A DNA stretch of 64,000 nt from Tubiluchus corallicola (GCA_030141605.1 JAQGDQ010000087.1:496001-560000), one strand, 5' to 3'. Shown: positions 1 through 13,800, counted from the first letter of the stretch. A program made the numbers and translations. The notes: a model not told the origin generated them from the sequence alone.

Positions 1-652
1 GGAATGCATACTACGAATCTTTATGTAAGACAATGTATTTAATGAGTCCTTAAATGCTTCTACTGACTAAAAAATAACGAAATCCAAACTACAGCAATGC
101 GAAATTAAGTGTAAGCGTGACATTGAATTAAATGTCGACAATAACCACCTGTAAAACAATAAACGCATCAACCACGCCCATCACCGCGAAGGCCAACGAC
201 AGCAACAGCAAATAACAACATAATTATTACCACCTCACCAACAATGGTCACAAAAGTTTACCAAATGACACCATCATCACCATCTCGTCATCATCATAAT
301 CAGCAGCAGCAGCTGCAGCAGCATATTCGCCCACGATTGATAACTTTACGAGCTTCATATCGCTTGCTACACATGTACTTAATAACAGATAGTTTCATTC
401 ACAAATCGTTTATGAGTTATTATTAATGATGACAGACATGTGATTAATGATCCATAAAAAACATTTGTAGTCAATAGTCACTCTGTCAGTGATTAGCTTA
501 CATCCAAGGTAGCATCCAATGCCCGAGGTTAATTTACTGCATCAAATTACACCCAGCCTGGTTGTTGCTGGCAATCCAAAAACCATGCTAGCATCACGTT
601 AAAATTCTATTCAAAAATTGCTGTAATAGCTTTGAGTGATACGATCACTTAC

Positions 653-844
653 CGTAGCCGAACAAATCCCTGCAAAACTCTACGAATTCAGGTCCTAGTG
701 AGTACAACGATATACAACAGTCTTCAGACGACTCGTCCAAGCAATACTCATCAACGTGTTTATGCGGCATGATTATATCACAGTGTAACAGAGCTTCCAA
801 TAGATGATGCTCCTCAGCCTGGCACCTAGCACTGGAGATATTCA
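653..844 (-). CDS. Candidate coding exon of uncertain assignment (downstream HIF exon or first coding exon of a neighbouring gene)
   Basis: 192-nt open frame between actttctcag| and |gtaagt, phase 1/1; NISSARCQAEE...IMPHKHVDEYCLDESSEDCCISLYSLGPEFVEFCRDLFGY; in-frame internal ATG; no homology recognised. Confidence 0.4.
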
Positions 845-1000
845 CTGAGAAAGTGAGCTATGGAATCCGCCGCCACCGCTTGCTTCAACCGAAGATTATA
901 TGACGTGCTAAATTTAGTTGGTTTTACGCAGGATTACACCAAAGAAACCCAGCAGGCATATATGGATAGGTCTCGCTACAAGCAGGTTCAAACTACTATG

Positions 1001-1540
1001 CACGTGCTCACCTATGGACTTGTATACGCTGATCACATACCTGATTATTGATAAGCAACCAGTTATCAAGGGAGTGTAAATCTGTTCGATACACACCAAG
1101 TCTCACCTACGAGGCTGATCCATCAATGCCATGAAATCAATAGTGCTCTACTGTTTTGCAAGAAATGCACGCAGACGAATCGTTAAAATGGGTATTATTC
1201 GAATTTCAGTGAATTCACTGTCCAGGTACGAATTTTTCTGCAGCTCAAGGTCGTTTGCAAAAAGCTATACTTATTCATATCTCACATGGCCTACTCTCGT
1301 TTAGTCGCAGCGAAAAATCGCAAGCACGTGAATTTTTAAATCATTAATGGCAGCAACTAACTACAGCCAGCTTGAACTTCAGATTTTTGCAGCTACAGGT
1401 AGCTGAACAGCACCACGTGTACATAAAATGCAGGCAAGTTAGCACGTGTAAATTGTAGCCAAGTGCGCATGCGCAATTTACATTCTTTACGGTCGTAAGT
1501 ATAAAGGTACTCTAGTCACTATACAACTCATGCGCGCTAT
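1001..1540. promoter_or_regulatory. Promoter-like region with E-boxes and an NRF1 palindrome
   Basis: CACGTG at 1001, 1325, 1414 and 1443; TGCGCATGCGCA at 1464-1475. Confidence 0.5.
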
Positions 1541-1874
1541 TTTACGATTGGTGCATTTCTTCGGAAATCGATTTCGTAACCAGCTAAACGAAAAATTTGA
1601 GCGTCTTTAAAATGAACGTCTGGCCTTGATTTCATGAATACATGAACTGCTCTTCTGCGTGCCTCTTTCAGTGAAGCATCACAGTGGCCTTGAACAAGAT
1701 TTAATGGTTCTGTAAAAGATAATTCACCCTACTCCTGAATGCAAACTCTTGAGACCGGGGAGTGCTTTAAACAGTCGTTACTCGCCAAGCCCAGGCCATT
1801 CTTGACTGTTTTCCTTTGCAGCAAAAACGATGGATGTACTCAAAATACAGCAAAAATTTAAACAAAAAAGTTTA

Positions 1875-1993
1875 GGAGGAGAGAGCGAGAGACAAAGAGG
1901 GGGAGAGTGTTTGTGTGTGAGAGAAAAGGGGAAGAGAGTGAAGAATGAGGAGAGAAAGAGGAGAAGAAAGAAGGGCGAGAGCGAGAGAAAGAG
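1875..1993. repeat. Purine-rich GA tract
   Basis: Direct reading. Confidence 0.85.
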
Positions 1994-2992
1994 ATTGTCT
2001 TCCACCTAGAATCGCAAAAATGCCTTGTCAAAACACGCCAAGGTAATAGCCAATGGGTATGTCGCACAAGGTAACGGGCACGGAAAGAATGTTATACACT
2101 AGGTTGTGTCAAGGCATACCACGGTAACGGGCACGGCACACCAGGATAAAAAAGTTAAATGCGCATGTCCGCTGTACTGCCCTATTTTAATACCGAGAAC
2201 AAGTTGTAGTTTATTGCGAGTGAATATTAAGCTACGGTTAAACCAGACTCTTTTCCTCACTTTCCTTGACTCCTTGAGTCATTATAGGAAGTAGAAAAAA
2301 ATGCTGGCAAAATGCCAACCGGAAATGCGACCCTGTTTATCTTTTTTGCTACTAATATCAAACAGACAACTTTATTCTTGCATCTGGCTAAGTTACCTCA
2401 CACAAAATACTAACCATTGCTGATTAATGTCTTGTTTATTAATGAGTTAATCAATATGAATTTTTTTCATTATAGTACGTATCGAGTATTATGTGAAAAT
2501 GTTTTGTAGGTGCACTGTATTTTTAACACATTTTGTTACCCAGTAAATCCTAAAACATTTCTAAATAGCTTAAAAGCTTGACAGAAAAGTCGAAAAAGTA
2601 CTTGTTGGATTTAATAAATTTTTAAGTGAGAAATTTAAAGTACAGAGTGGAATACAGTTCAATTCGCGCATGTAACTAGATTTTTGGAAAAAGGAAAACA
2701 CAAATAGGTGGACAAGTTTGAAGACGAAAAGGGGCAACAAAGCTGCTTACGTCTTGAGGCCTATCCCTTTAAAAGATCACACACCGTGTATCCTGAATAC
2801 TTGCGAGAGTAAACATTTAGCTTTCCAAAAGCACATTCCAAGATTAGCATACAACGCTTCAATATAAGGCCAACCGACAGACAGGCTTTGTGTGTAGATG
2901 ACTGGTAGCACAGAAAATTGATGAGTTCATAAATTTGTAAACTAACAAACACATGAAAGCAGTGCTAGGTTAGAAAGACAGAACAAGATGTG

Positions 2993-3058
2993 CACCTCAA
3001 TTGGGACTCGAACCCCAGGCCTTCAGTTTTCCGGGCGGATATGTTAGCCACTACACGG
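2993..3058 (-). mobile_element. tRNA-derived SINE head / tRNA pseudogene
   Basis: Minus strand GTGTAGTGGCTAACA...GGGTTCGAGTCCC A/B boxes; no clean cloverleaf. Confidence 0.55.
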
Positions 3059-4139
3059 TTATGTATGTAAGGAAAGTATCATTTCAAAAAGAACACAAAG
3101 ACTATCTAAACGGAAGATAGGGATTAAGATAAATTCCAAGCGCAGTTTCACATTTTATTTCACTGAATAAAAGGCCAGTCCGGAAAAAACCCAATCGCTA
3201 ACACGCCATAAACAGTAAGTAAATAGCGAATTTTGAAGTAAGAAAAATTGTGTTTAGCATCTTTCAATGGCAATACAAATTAACATCAGTTTACCCGGTT
3301 TGACTTACATCTCACTTTTAATTCCTGTAATTCAACTACAGATTTGAACTAACTACACGCAGCGCTTTATATTAAACAACAATTAACCTAATAAGAAACA
3401 AGCTGAGGAAATTTTTGTAACGTATGTATATGTAATACAATTCATAAGCATGAGGTTCAATAACTTTAAAGTTGCATTGCAACTTGTTGCTGCACCTTCA
3501 GTGGGCAAAACTGGATACATACTATTCATCACTAGCTGAGGGGATCCGGAAGTGTCGGGCCTCCTCAGATTTTATATCTACAAGCTTTCGATTTATCCGG
3601 ATTCCCTGACAGAAATTTTTACACAGCGTCAAGAATGATATGTTGCGACATACACGCGCAAATATCAGAGTTCAGGTCGGCTACCAAAAATACGCACGGT
3701 TGTTGAGATAGCGGCTGCTGACGTCAATCGATCAGCCGGTCGCTGATTGGCTGACAGCGACACACCTCTCTTTCAGCCAGTACAAAGTACGCGGCAGGTC
3801 AGTTTGAGTTTCTCAAGTAGGGTTTAAGCAGTCAGTAATATGCACACTATTGATGCGTCTTATCAAGCATGGCAAACTAAGGATGTAACAGCAAATAGTG
3901 CAGTAATTCAAGCCAAAACTCGAAAGTAAGCCCCCGTTGAGAGTGTTGATTTTCTAAACATGTCGCATTGGTTCAGTGTTTGTCTGCTTAACAACGTTAG
4001 TATTACAAGTAGAGTTCAAACTATCATGTACAACATTCTGACTGACTAACGACTGCTAACTGTTACAGAAGTTAAGCAAAAAATGGAAGAAAAGATTTGC
4101 GTATAATAATTTACAAACAGAAAGAAACGATGGTAAAAA

Positions 4140-4560
4140 TAATCAGAATAGGACAGAGTAGCAGAGCATGGCAGGACACGGCATGGGAGTGAACGGGACA
4201 AGACAGTGCAGGACAGAGCAGAACAGGACTTGAGAGAACGGAAGAGGGCATGACAGGACAGGTAATAGCACATAACAGAGCTGAACATAATAAAATATTT
4301 AATAGAACGAATTATACTAGGGCAGGATAGGATAGGATAGGATAGGGTGGGGTAGGATAGAATAGGATAGGATAGAACACAATCGAAACAGACAGAACAG
4401 AACAGAATAGAAGATAATGGAATAGAATAAAAGGGAACGGAACAGAACAGACCAAAATAGAATAGAACGAAATGGAATGGAACGGAATAGAGTAGAATAG
4501 AAATAGAACAGAACAGAATGGCACAGTATGACACAGCAAAGCAAAATACAATAAAATAAT
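4140..4560. repeat. Degenerate pentanucleotide satellite (AGAAY/AGGAT)n
   Basis: Visible 5-bp periodicity; accounts for the low-complexity ORFs at 4046-4648. Confidence 0.9.
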
Positions 4561-5223
4561 GTAATTGTTCAACGTTTTTTATCACGGGCCCTGTCTTGAA
4601 ACCGCCAAAGATGAAAAAACCAAAGTTGTATTTTATCACTTGATTCATCTATTCAAAGAACACCAATGTTGCATAACGAAGACATAAGCAGCTATACTGT
4701 AGACTAATCCTACCAACATAAAAACTTGCTAGCCAAGAAAAAGAAACTCTAAACTTGTAGAACGAGTAAGAAGATAGGCCACAAGAATCAAGTGTGGCTG
4801 AGTAACCAAAATAATGTTTTGTGGCTCAACTGGAGAGATTAGTAAATATAGGCTAAATGAAACTCGCGTTGTCTATAAAACAAAAATAAAAACACATTTC
4901 ACATTTAATGAACCCACTAGATAAGTTAATTGTGGTGTTACTTATTCGTTTTTCTAAAATTAGGAAATTCTAAATTGGTATGTTTTATAAAATGAAGTGC
5001 ATAGAGTGGATTATCATTAAGTACAATACAATTAAAACTACATTTAATTACTGCAATCATGTAAAATGTAATTATAATGGGGTAACGAACCAAGAATTAC
5101 TGTGTTACCAAACTTTTTATGCAAGAAAGTATGCAAGGTCAAACAGACAAGAAAAAGGTTGCAATTAACAATAAAGGCTTAGGATTTTGCCTAATATTAG
5201 GCAACTTTGCCTAACTTTGACCA

Positions 5224-5360
5224 GACGGTTTAGCCTGGTATTAACGCGTCCGCTTTCCGTACGGGAAGTCGTGAATTCGAAACAGCGGCGAGAACAAAGA
5301 CTTTAAAAAATTGTACCTGCAGTTGCCCTGCTTGGCGCGTGGCATTTAGGATAAAAGTGG
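5224..5360 (+). mobile_element. tRNA-derived SINE
   Basis: A-box-like GGTTTAGCCTGGTA and B-box-like GAATTCGAAAC, followed by a body (AAAGACTTTAAAAAATTGTACCTGCAGTTGCCCTGCTTGGCG) resembling invertebrate SINE central domains. Confidence 0.6.
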
Positions 5361-7887
5361 GATAATAACAGATAATGCTACGTAGTCGTAGATTGTTATT
5401 TACAGTCGGCGATAATAGCTCTTTGAGCTAAAGTTAATTGTTAAACCTTAACCAAGTCTTTAACTCTTTGGTTAAGTCTTTAACCAAAAACAGACTTTAA
5501 ATAGATAATATTATTATTATTTAATTATTTAATATTAATTTCCTTTAATAATTATGTGTAAACAAGCTTCAGTAGGTGCATAACTGCACGATCAACTGAC
5601 AAACGACGTGCTAACAGTCTAACAGACATGCTAACAGTCTAACAGACTTGATTCATTCCTTACACAAGTAATGGGCTTGGTCTCACTGCAAAAAAGCACG
5701 CGCAGACATTTTTACCATTTCTTTACAGCTCACTTTCGTCTGGTAGCGGCTTATTTATCGATTGAGCAACATCGGCTTCCATTATTAAATTTCACTTCTC
5801 GTCCCTAAAAATTCTACAGGAAAATGTCAGCCGAATAAGCAGCAGCTTCCAGGCAGGAAAAACATCAAGCTCCTAAGCAGCTGATAAGCGCAATAAAAAA
5901 CTGGCATTTCAAAACCAGCACGCCATCTAGCGTCCCAGCCTATTCCTCCTCCTTGCGGAAATCAGGACAAACAGATGATAGCAATAATACGGCATCGTTA
6001 TTTTATAAAAGTTTTCTGTTGCATTGAGGAATGTCTGCGCAGCACAAGTGGTGGCAATTTTACTGGAACAAATTTCAAAATTTCTCATTAATTCTTTGTT
6101 GGTAGTTAAGACAGTGCCAAAAGCATCTATGGTAATTAAGTTATTACACTGGAATTACGAGATTTTATTACACGGCCCGAAATTTTGCAAGCTGGAATCC
6201 AAAACCCAGTGGCAGGACTATTTAGTGTGGAGGGACTGTAACCTCTCTAATTATCAACCCTAACCCTCTAGGAAAATACTCTTAAACTATCGGCTTCTTT
6301 TGAACCACGGTTGATTGTGAATATATCGGGCGGCAATGTGAAAAAATGTGAAGACGTTTAGACTACAATAATATTAGAAACAAAATCCTACAAATCCCAC
6401 TTTGAAATTTCACAGCACGATATTACAGTGAATTAACCTTCTGCTTTCAAAGTAACAAGTTTAGAGTTTTAGTGGTTATTAAGTTATGGCTGAAAAGCTT
6501 TTGTTAAAAAATTAAATGCTGAAACAGTGCCTGTTAATCATTAATTGAAAAACAGCAAACGTATAAAACACTCAATACATGGCAGCGAAAAAAAATACGA
6601 AATCAACCAGTTTGTATCATGGTCTACCACTGAATATAAACCACTGATAAAGATTTGTTATCAAGAAAGAATAGGACTTGCACTTCTGGATTACGCTATG
6701 ATGCAGAGGAACGACAGTTAAAAAATTCTGAATGTTGGAACTAAATCTCTCTTAGAGAAGTAAAAAATTGTGTCAGCTGTTGGAAGAAGTGACTTCGTCT
6801 AATTTGCATTGAAAATGACGGACACATTGAACAGTTGCTGTAAATTATACTAGCAGTGACACAATTTTTTTCCAGCATTTGTGTTTTTTTTTACTTGTTC
6901 ATTTAAAACGTCTAAACTTTTGGACAAATCCAAAGGAAATGATCTAAAATCTTTGAGATTTATACATAAACGTCTGTGACATCAGCGTGGGTAATTTCCA
7001 AGCAATTCCGTTATTTTCTTCAAGTATGTCGTGATCAAGACTTCGGCACATTTCTTGTCCCACCTGATATTTTCCTTTTTGATCAGCGAAATAAACAGCC
7101 AGGTATCAATACGATGAAAAAAATCTGCTAGAGCAAATACTGAACCCATACATTCACTGAACAGCTTCAGCATTGGCTAACTTCAGCTGCTAAAAACATA
7201 TCACCGCTATTCTCGCTGCTTGGCCATTCTCCGCGCCAAAATGCGCATGTATCCATGTATCAAAGTACCTGTTTATATATACCTGAATTCTCTATCTAAA
7301 TAAACAATAAGCGATACCATGTGCTATATAACCAACAAGATCTGATAAAAGATTAATATGTTATTATACTATGTAGAGTAATTCGTGACGTGCTGCAGAC
7401 TACCTCGGGTAATAAAAAACCATTTACTTTTGAAGAGTAAAAGCTCAAAGCATAAAATTATGCTTTATCAAAATCAGGATTAGAGCGAGAACAAGGCAAC
7501 TATGGTGAAAAATATAATTTTGCTGTTATGTGGCAAATGTTTTGCATTGAAATTACACTACCTGCTGATAATATACATTATATGTACAACTAGATTATAA
7601 TTAAGTAGGACAGAACTGAGAGATATAAATGAAATACTAAAATTATTTATTCCACGGCTAACACTTAGTTATATAATAAATTCCTACTATTATCAAGTAA
7701 CTTTGAAGCAGCTTCAGCAAAAAAAGAAGAAATATGTAAAAGCCAAGCTTTTTCATCCTCTGCTTTAGTTATAACAATTGAACTGGACTGACATTGATCA
7801 CAAGATAGGATGTTAAGCGATACAATACGACACGATACTTTTTTCCAATGATACGATATCGATAATTTGTTTTTCAGATTTCAAGTA

Positions 7888-8290
7888 AATAAGCTTTTCC
7901 ATAGCTTCGTTGTGCGCGCGCACAGTTGCTGTAGGTCAAAGGTTAAATGTACCACAGCGACGCGTCTTAACTACAACCGTCACATGACATGTGGGTAAAG
8001 TAAAACCGTTTGTTCCATCAATTCAGTAACTTCAGTTGTTTTACGTGAACTTTACGTAATAATGCATTAGTCTGCGCGTGGAGCGATTTACTAGCAGGAT
8101 CTGCCTGGGACCATGAAAAAATGAACTAGATAAGGTTCTAGCTAACTGTTACAACATGTTAAAACTCCTACTATTACAATAGCATAGGCTGCGAGGCATT
8201 GTCATTTGTACACAAATGCGTGCCTGGTGCATTTAACCTTTGACCCTTTCACGAACTTCATCAATTGCTGGAACTGTGAAAAGGCTTATT
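7888..8290. mobile_element. Foldback MITE
   Basis: Termini AATAAGCTTTTCCATAG / CTGTGAAAAGGCTTATT plus internal inverted pair GGTCAAAGGTTAAATGTACCA / TGGTGCATTTAACCTTTGACC. Confidence 0.7.
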
Positions 8291-10796
8291 ATTTCGAATG
8301 GTAAAACTGATACTGATTGTGCAAGAAATCTCAGTGTATTCAAGCACCATACATTTGAAGACTGTTTCCTAATTAACGTACATACACATGTAACCTAAGA
8401 CAACAATTCTGTTCTTTGCTTAAGTTTTCACTTTAAAAGTTTAATAGAAAATGCACATTAAAGCATAATAATAATTTAAAAGGTGTCAAATGCAAGACAA
8501 TAGTGGACATATCCTGTTGAAATACAAACTAGGTTACACTGTACGCAAACGCTGCATAAAGATTACTACATATATATACATATAGATATATAACGATAAA
8601 CTGGAAGCGCCATCTGTGAAAGAAAAAACAAAATTTTAATCATCCGCGTTGCTATATCAACAAAAAGCAAAACCAACATACGAAATGACTTTAATTAACA
8701 GCAATAAAAACAAACAAAGCATGGCATTCGGTACCAAAACGACAACTCACGGTTTGCACGATAAATGTGCATAAAAATTAAATTTACAGAGTGCAAACAT
8801 TAACAAAATTTAACGCAAATATCGAAAGCGATGCACAGATTTTTTGCAAGCTCGTTGCTAAAAACAAACTCTTTCAAACAAAACGGCATTTTCAATTGAA
8901 GAACTAAAAACTTTACTGAAACGATGTTTACAAGGAATGCAAAACTTCTTAAGACAGACGGCTGCTGAAAGCATCAACACGACTTCCTATTGAAACTAAT
9001 GTCAGTCCCCAACACTTAATTAATACAACCACTGAAGCATTCAGTGCAAGTGAAGAAGTATTTATAACACAATTCCTTAGTAACTCCTGCATATGTGAAA
9101 ATAAAGGCGCATGTGCACAGTAATGGATGTCCTAGTTTCCGCCAAATGCCCCACAGGTGAGCAGAAAGAACATATCATGATCAGTATACTCATCACCATA
9201 GTAGAGTTTGATACAGGTGATATACTAACAAGCCTTCAATCATTAATGACAGAGTATTAGACGAGTATTCGACCAGTAACAGTTATTGTAGTTACGGATT
9301 TGCCCCTATGATCACGTAGTCATGAGCAAGGATACGAGTCTTAACATAAGGATCAATAGACAAAATCATCTAAAGGATTCTTATTCATGATAATCAGCCA
9401 CTAAGGACGTCATTATTTTAAATTAGTGTAATAGACATGATAATCACCTTGCAGTAATCAAATAGCTGAAAAAAGAAATAAAAACGAATTACGGAATAAG
9501 TTCTCATTTACTGAAATTTTAAAACGAAATTTGATTGATAAGAAATGCGAAAAAGTCATGACTGAACCTGGAATTGAACCAAGAGCTACACAACACCCTG
9601 CAAATCATGAAAGGTCTGCCAGCTCCTAAACCATTCCATGATTTCTAGGAGTTCATTTAATTTTTCCAAGTTAAACTATATCATTATTCTTCACCATCTT
9701 TCTTCAGACTTTTGGCCAAACTTCAAAGCTTCTAAAAGAGTTCTGACTCTTGCTTACTTTAGTAATTTATCAACAACCAAAACCACAACAACAAATAAGG
9801 AAAACTTCAGAATCACATGTAACATAAAATATGTTTAAAACTTAAAGTTAAAGTTCCAGTTTCTTAATGAAACAATTTGTCTTTGGACATAGCAGAAGGG
9901 TATTCACTTTCCAACCTCCGCACAGGTAATTTCTATGGAAAAACAGGTTTTCTGTTTGGTTATTATATGGTTATATTAGCTCTTCATCAAATGCGCTGCC
10001 TCATATGACTCTAAAACGACCTATAAGGCTTATTAGTCGGTGAATTAGTTATTGCTGAGAAAGGATGGAGGGGCAAATGACCTGTCATCTGCAGACGACT
10101 GATGGATACCTGCAGGATATCCGCAGCACACCTGTAATCAGTGTCTCAACTTTGTAATGAGCTTCATCCATCTTAGGCACACACAGGTAAATACAGGAAA
10201 CCAAACTTATGGCCGAGCATTCTTCCCAATACGATATGTACAAGCGAAGCTCCGGCCGCTTGCTGCGCATGTAAATAACTTGTGGAGATTTTTCCGCTTA
10301 AATGTGTGGATGGAATCAAAAATAGACGGCGTAAATATAGTGTATCCAAGTATAAATGGCTTAATATAAAGCATCAAGCACAGCAATGGAATTCGAAGCC
10401 CATGGTTTCGATAGACAACTCTTAAAATTTCGTCTCTTCATTCCCAACAAATAATATACTCTGTTTAAGAAAAATGTACAATTCTACAATTGCCGATTTC
10501 TGAGTACACTTACGCATGTCCACACAGGAAACTTTTTAGAAGTTTGAAGTTGAAAATGCATGTGCATCAACAGAAAACATAGTAAACCACGAAGACATAA
10601 AACAAAAGTGATTAAAAACAAAGATAAACATCAGGCTAATCTAAAATCTGTCGTTTTCTACATCCTCTTACTACATCCACAAAAACCAAAATGTAAAAGT
10701 GCAACGATTTTGATAATAAAACTAGTCACACAGCACCAACTAAAGTAAGAATAAAAGTATTTTTGGCATAATATTCCAAAATGTTTGTCAACTTAC

Positions 10797-10880
10797 CAGA
10801 GGCTGGGTAACTCAGTGGGATACAGACATCTCCTGCTTGTGGTGCTAAATGTGTCAAATCTTCCGGTTCCTCTTTTACTA
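10797..10880 (-). CDS. HIF1A: HIF-alpha N-terminal oxygen-dependent degradation (NODD) exon
   Basis: [27 protein letters not shown] contains the LxxLAP prolyl-hydroxylation motif (Pro codon 10840-10842); ttttttag| and |gtaagt. Confidence 0.93.
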
Positions 10881-13800
10881 CTAAAAAAACAATAAATCAC
10901 ATGTACAGTTGTACAGATAATAACATTTTTGTACATTCAGTGTGATGAGCACTTGATTAGTCATTTAAGAAACTTTCAAATAATTGTTGTATAAGAGCTG
11001 GCATTTTAGAATGTAAACAATTATTAAATCAGGGAATGTTTTGTAGACTTTCTCTTTGTATCATCAACCTAAAATCAGATTAAAATTTAATGAGTTAAAA
11101 TTGCATAAATATTGCAATTACTGGGTAATACATACTGTTGAATTAATTCAATTTTAGCTCATTTTAAGCAGATGATACGGACTTTAACAAATAACGCTTT
11201 AATTAGAACTAAAGATAAACAAAGTAATGTCAAATGCACAGAAGAGCAATACCATTTGGGGACAGAATTGAAAGTTTCACTTAAATGGGATAGCCAAATT
11301 ATCAGCAGTGTACCACGTAAACCCTAGGAGTAGTAGACTGACAAATTACAAATAAGAAAAATTAATCTTGAGACTAACTTCTCTTTTCAATTCACCTTAA
11401 GAAAAACAACACCAGAACCTATCCATAATGATACTTTTCTTGCAAAATAAAAAGCTGCAAACTTTTTTTAAATCTTATAAGAAGTGTTGGCATTAACCAA
11501 TATTTTTGTTGCATTTAATTTACATCTTTGCTACACTAACTTGGTCAGAAAATGTGTGTTGTGTGTGTGTATGCTTGTTAAAGCAACACAAATCAGATTT
11601 ACTAATCTAGTGACCATGTAAACGATTTATAAGGCAATGAAGAAAGAAGTTTAATCCGAAATCTTATAACGAGCATTAATTAGACCGCAGTCTTGCAGAC
11701 TGGATGGGAACAAGATTCACAACTTTTTCAATAATTATTACTGAAAATCATTATTGAAATCAAAAAAGATCGAATGCGGATAAAAAATAATCATGGATCG
11801 AATCTTTGCGGATTAGAATTAAGATCAACGTTAATCCACAGCTTTGATAAACAATATGAGCATCGAAGTGCAGTTGACTGTTTAGCAAATGTGAAACATT
11901 TTTTATTTTGTCGTGCCGATATTACCTAAATTCATAATTTTGTTTGTTCCCATTTTCCTGATGAAGTGCAGACTGCAACGCAGAACAAAAGATTTTCAGT
12001 TTTTTATTTACACGTTTTTATGGTAGCTGCATGTTTTTCAAAATGTAAATCATCGTTGCACAGGATTTGCTGAAAGATAATTCACTTCTATTGTGGTACG
12101 AGTTAATTTAGTAATTTTCATTTTCACTCTCCACTTCCAAAAGCAACTAATTGGCATGCCATTAGGTGTATTTGAATTGAAATTAGCTGTGAGATTGTAG
12201 ATATGAAATCTTGCGGATTGGGAACGGATCGCAGATTTGAGTTATTTCAGTGGCATATTTGCTGTTAATAGGAAAATGCAGATTTTGAGCGGAGTTTGGA
12301 TTCGAAAGTTTGCAGACCAAATTGTTCACAAATCGAGAAATTAGCCGATCCAATCATCTCTGTTAGACAATTACTCAAAAAACACACTGAATTAAAGAAC
12401 TAGAGATCATTATTCAAACATGTTAATCGAAAGTGGTGCTAACAAACCACTGGTATAGCAGTGTCTAGTTTTTTGCTGAATTACTGCTGTGTTTGCCTGT
12501 CTTGAGGGCAGATTTTTTTGTTATAATAGAATTCTGCCTGCCCAGTGTCTACAACAGACGTAATAGGCATATGATGATGATGATGATGATACAATTGTCA
12601 ACAAATATCAAATGCAATACAATGCCAAGCATTATATGCATTTCTAACAGTCTTTAGGCTGGTAAGAAATGTAGTTCTAAGCTATTCTGCTGCTGCAAAA
12701 AGTCAACTAGCAAAAGATCAGCTGACAGTCTAGCAGTGCAAATGATGACAATTAATAAAAGTAAATGCTCTATCGTTGCTGCTGGTGCCACGAAGCAATA
12801 AATGTGTAAAGCAATAATGTGACGTTCGTGAGAGCATTTCTAAGAATGACAACAGCTGTCAAAGCTCAAGTTTACGCATTTCCTGCTTTTATTCTGGCAA
12901 CTACCATTTGACACAAAAAGCATTTTCCAAGGGTTTAGCCTATTAAATTTATATTTAAGAAAAAATTCTCAACGACTGTGTTACTGTGACAACACTCAGT
13001 TGTAAGACACTTGTAAATCATACGCCATGATCACTGTTAAGTTTTTCTTAAAAGATTCTCTTTCTTAAACTACAGGTAAGTACTTTGCCTGACGAATAAT
13101 TTATGCAGTAAACTAACCAAGTACTCTAATTATAATCCCTGGACAACTGCATCAAAGAAAGCTTTAACTTAGCAGACATCGCCTTAATAATAATGTCAAA
13201 CTGCTGATGTTTAGGTGCTTTCACAAAACTGTTAACTGTTCTGTAAGGAAGCCTTATAAAAACTGATAGTAAATGTAACAAATAAAAATGCCAGGCACCT
13301 ATTGATTGAAAAGTTTGTCTTCAAGAAAGATCAATGCCATGTTCGTCTATTCAAAGGTACTGATTACAGCCAAGACAAGTATCTATCAACGTAAGAGGCT
13401 TAGTCTGATAGAGCATTATAACCAGCACTATTCAACACTGTCATTATCAAAATTGAACATCGAGTAGAAAAAGACAGAAATAGAATACCCAGATAGGAGT
13501 GCACATGCGAAAACCGTAACAAGTGACAAACTAACACATTACTTATTATAATGTTGAGGCTATTATTAATGATGAAACAAACTCACAATTAATTAAATTT
13601 TGATGGCAAACTTGAAAGAAAGAAAATGTGAAAAAGTTCGGGAACAGCCTGAATTTGAGCCACGGTCCTCCTGCTTATTAGGCAGATGCCTTAAGGCACT
13701 CGGACACTGTAACTTCGTGTGGTCAAGGACTCCAAAATTCATCCCTATACCTGATGAATGGAAAATGGAACAGACTACCGAGGAGCATAAGAGTAACTGG

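Noticed and set aside
244-426. His/Gln-rich ORF resembling a transactivation region
   Set aside because: Wrong strand for HIF and explained by CAT/CAG microsatellite-like sequence
2993-3058. Functional tRNA gene (also 13636, 29830, 33441, 58256)
   Set aside because: Only A/B-box remnants; the stems do not pair convincingly, consistent with SINE heads
4046-4648. 200-aa ORF and overlapping ORFs
   Set aside because: Produced by a pentanucleotide satellite that lacks stop codons on the minus strand
11696-12362. Possible MITE with repeated CGGAT/GATCG motifs
   Set aside because: Terminal repeats too degenerate and no TSD to define boundaries
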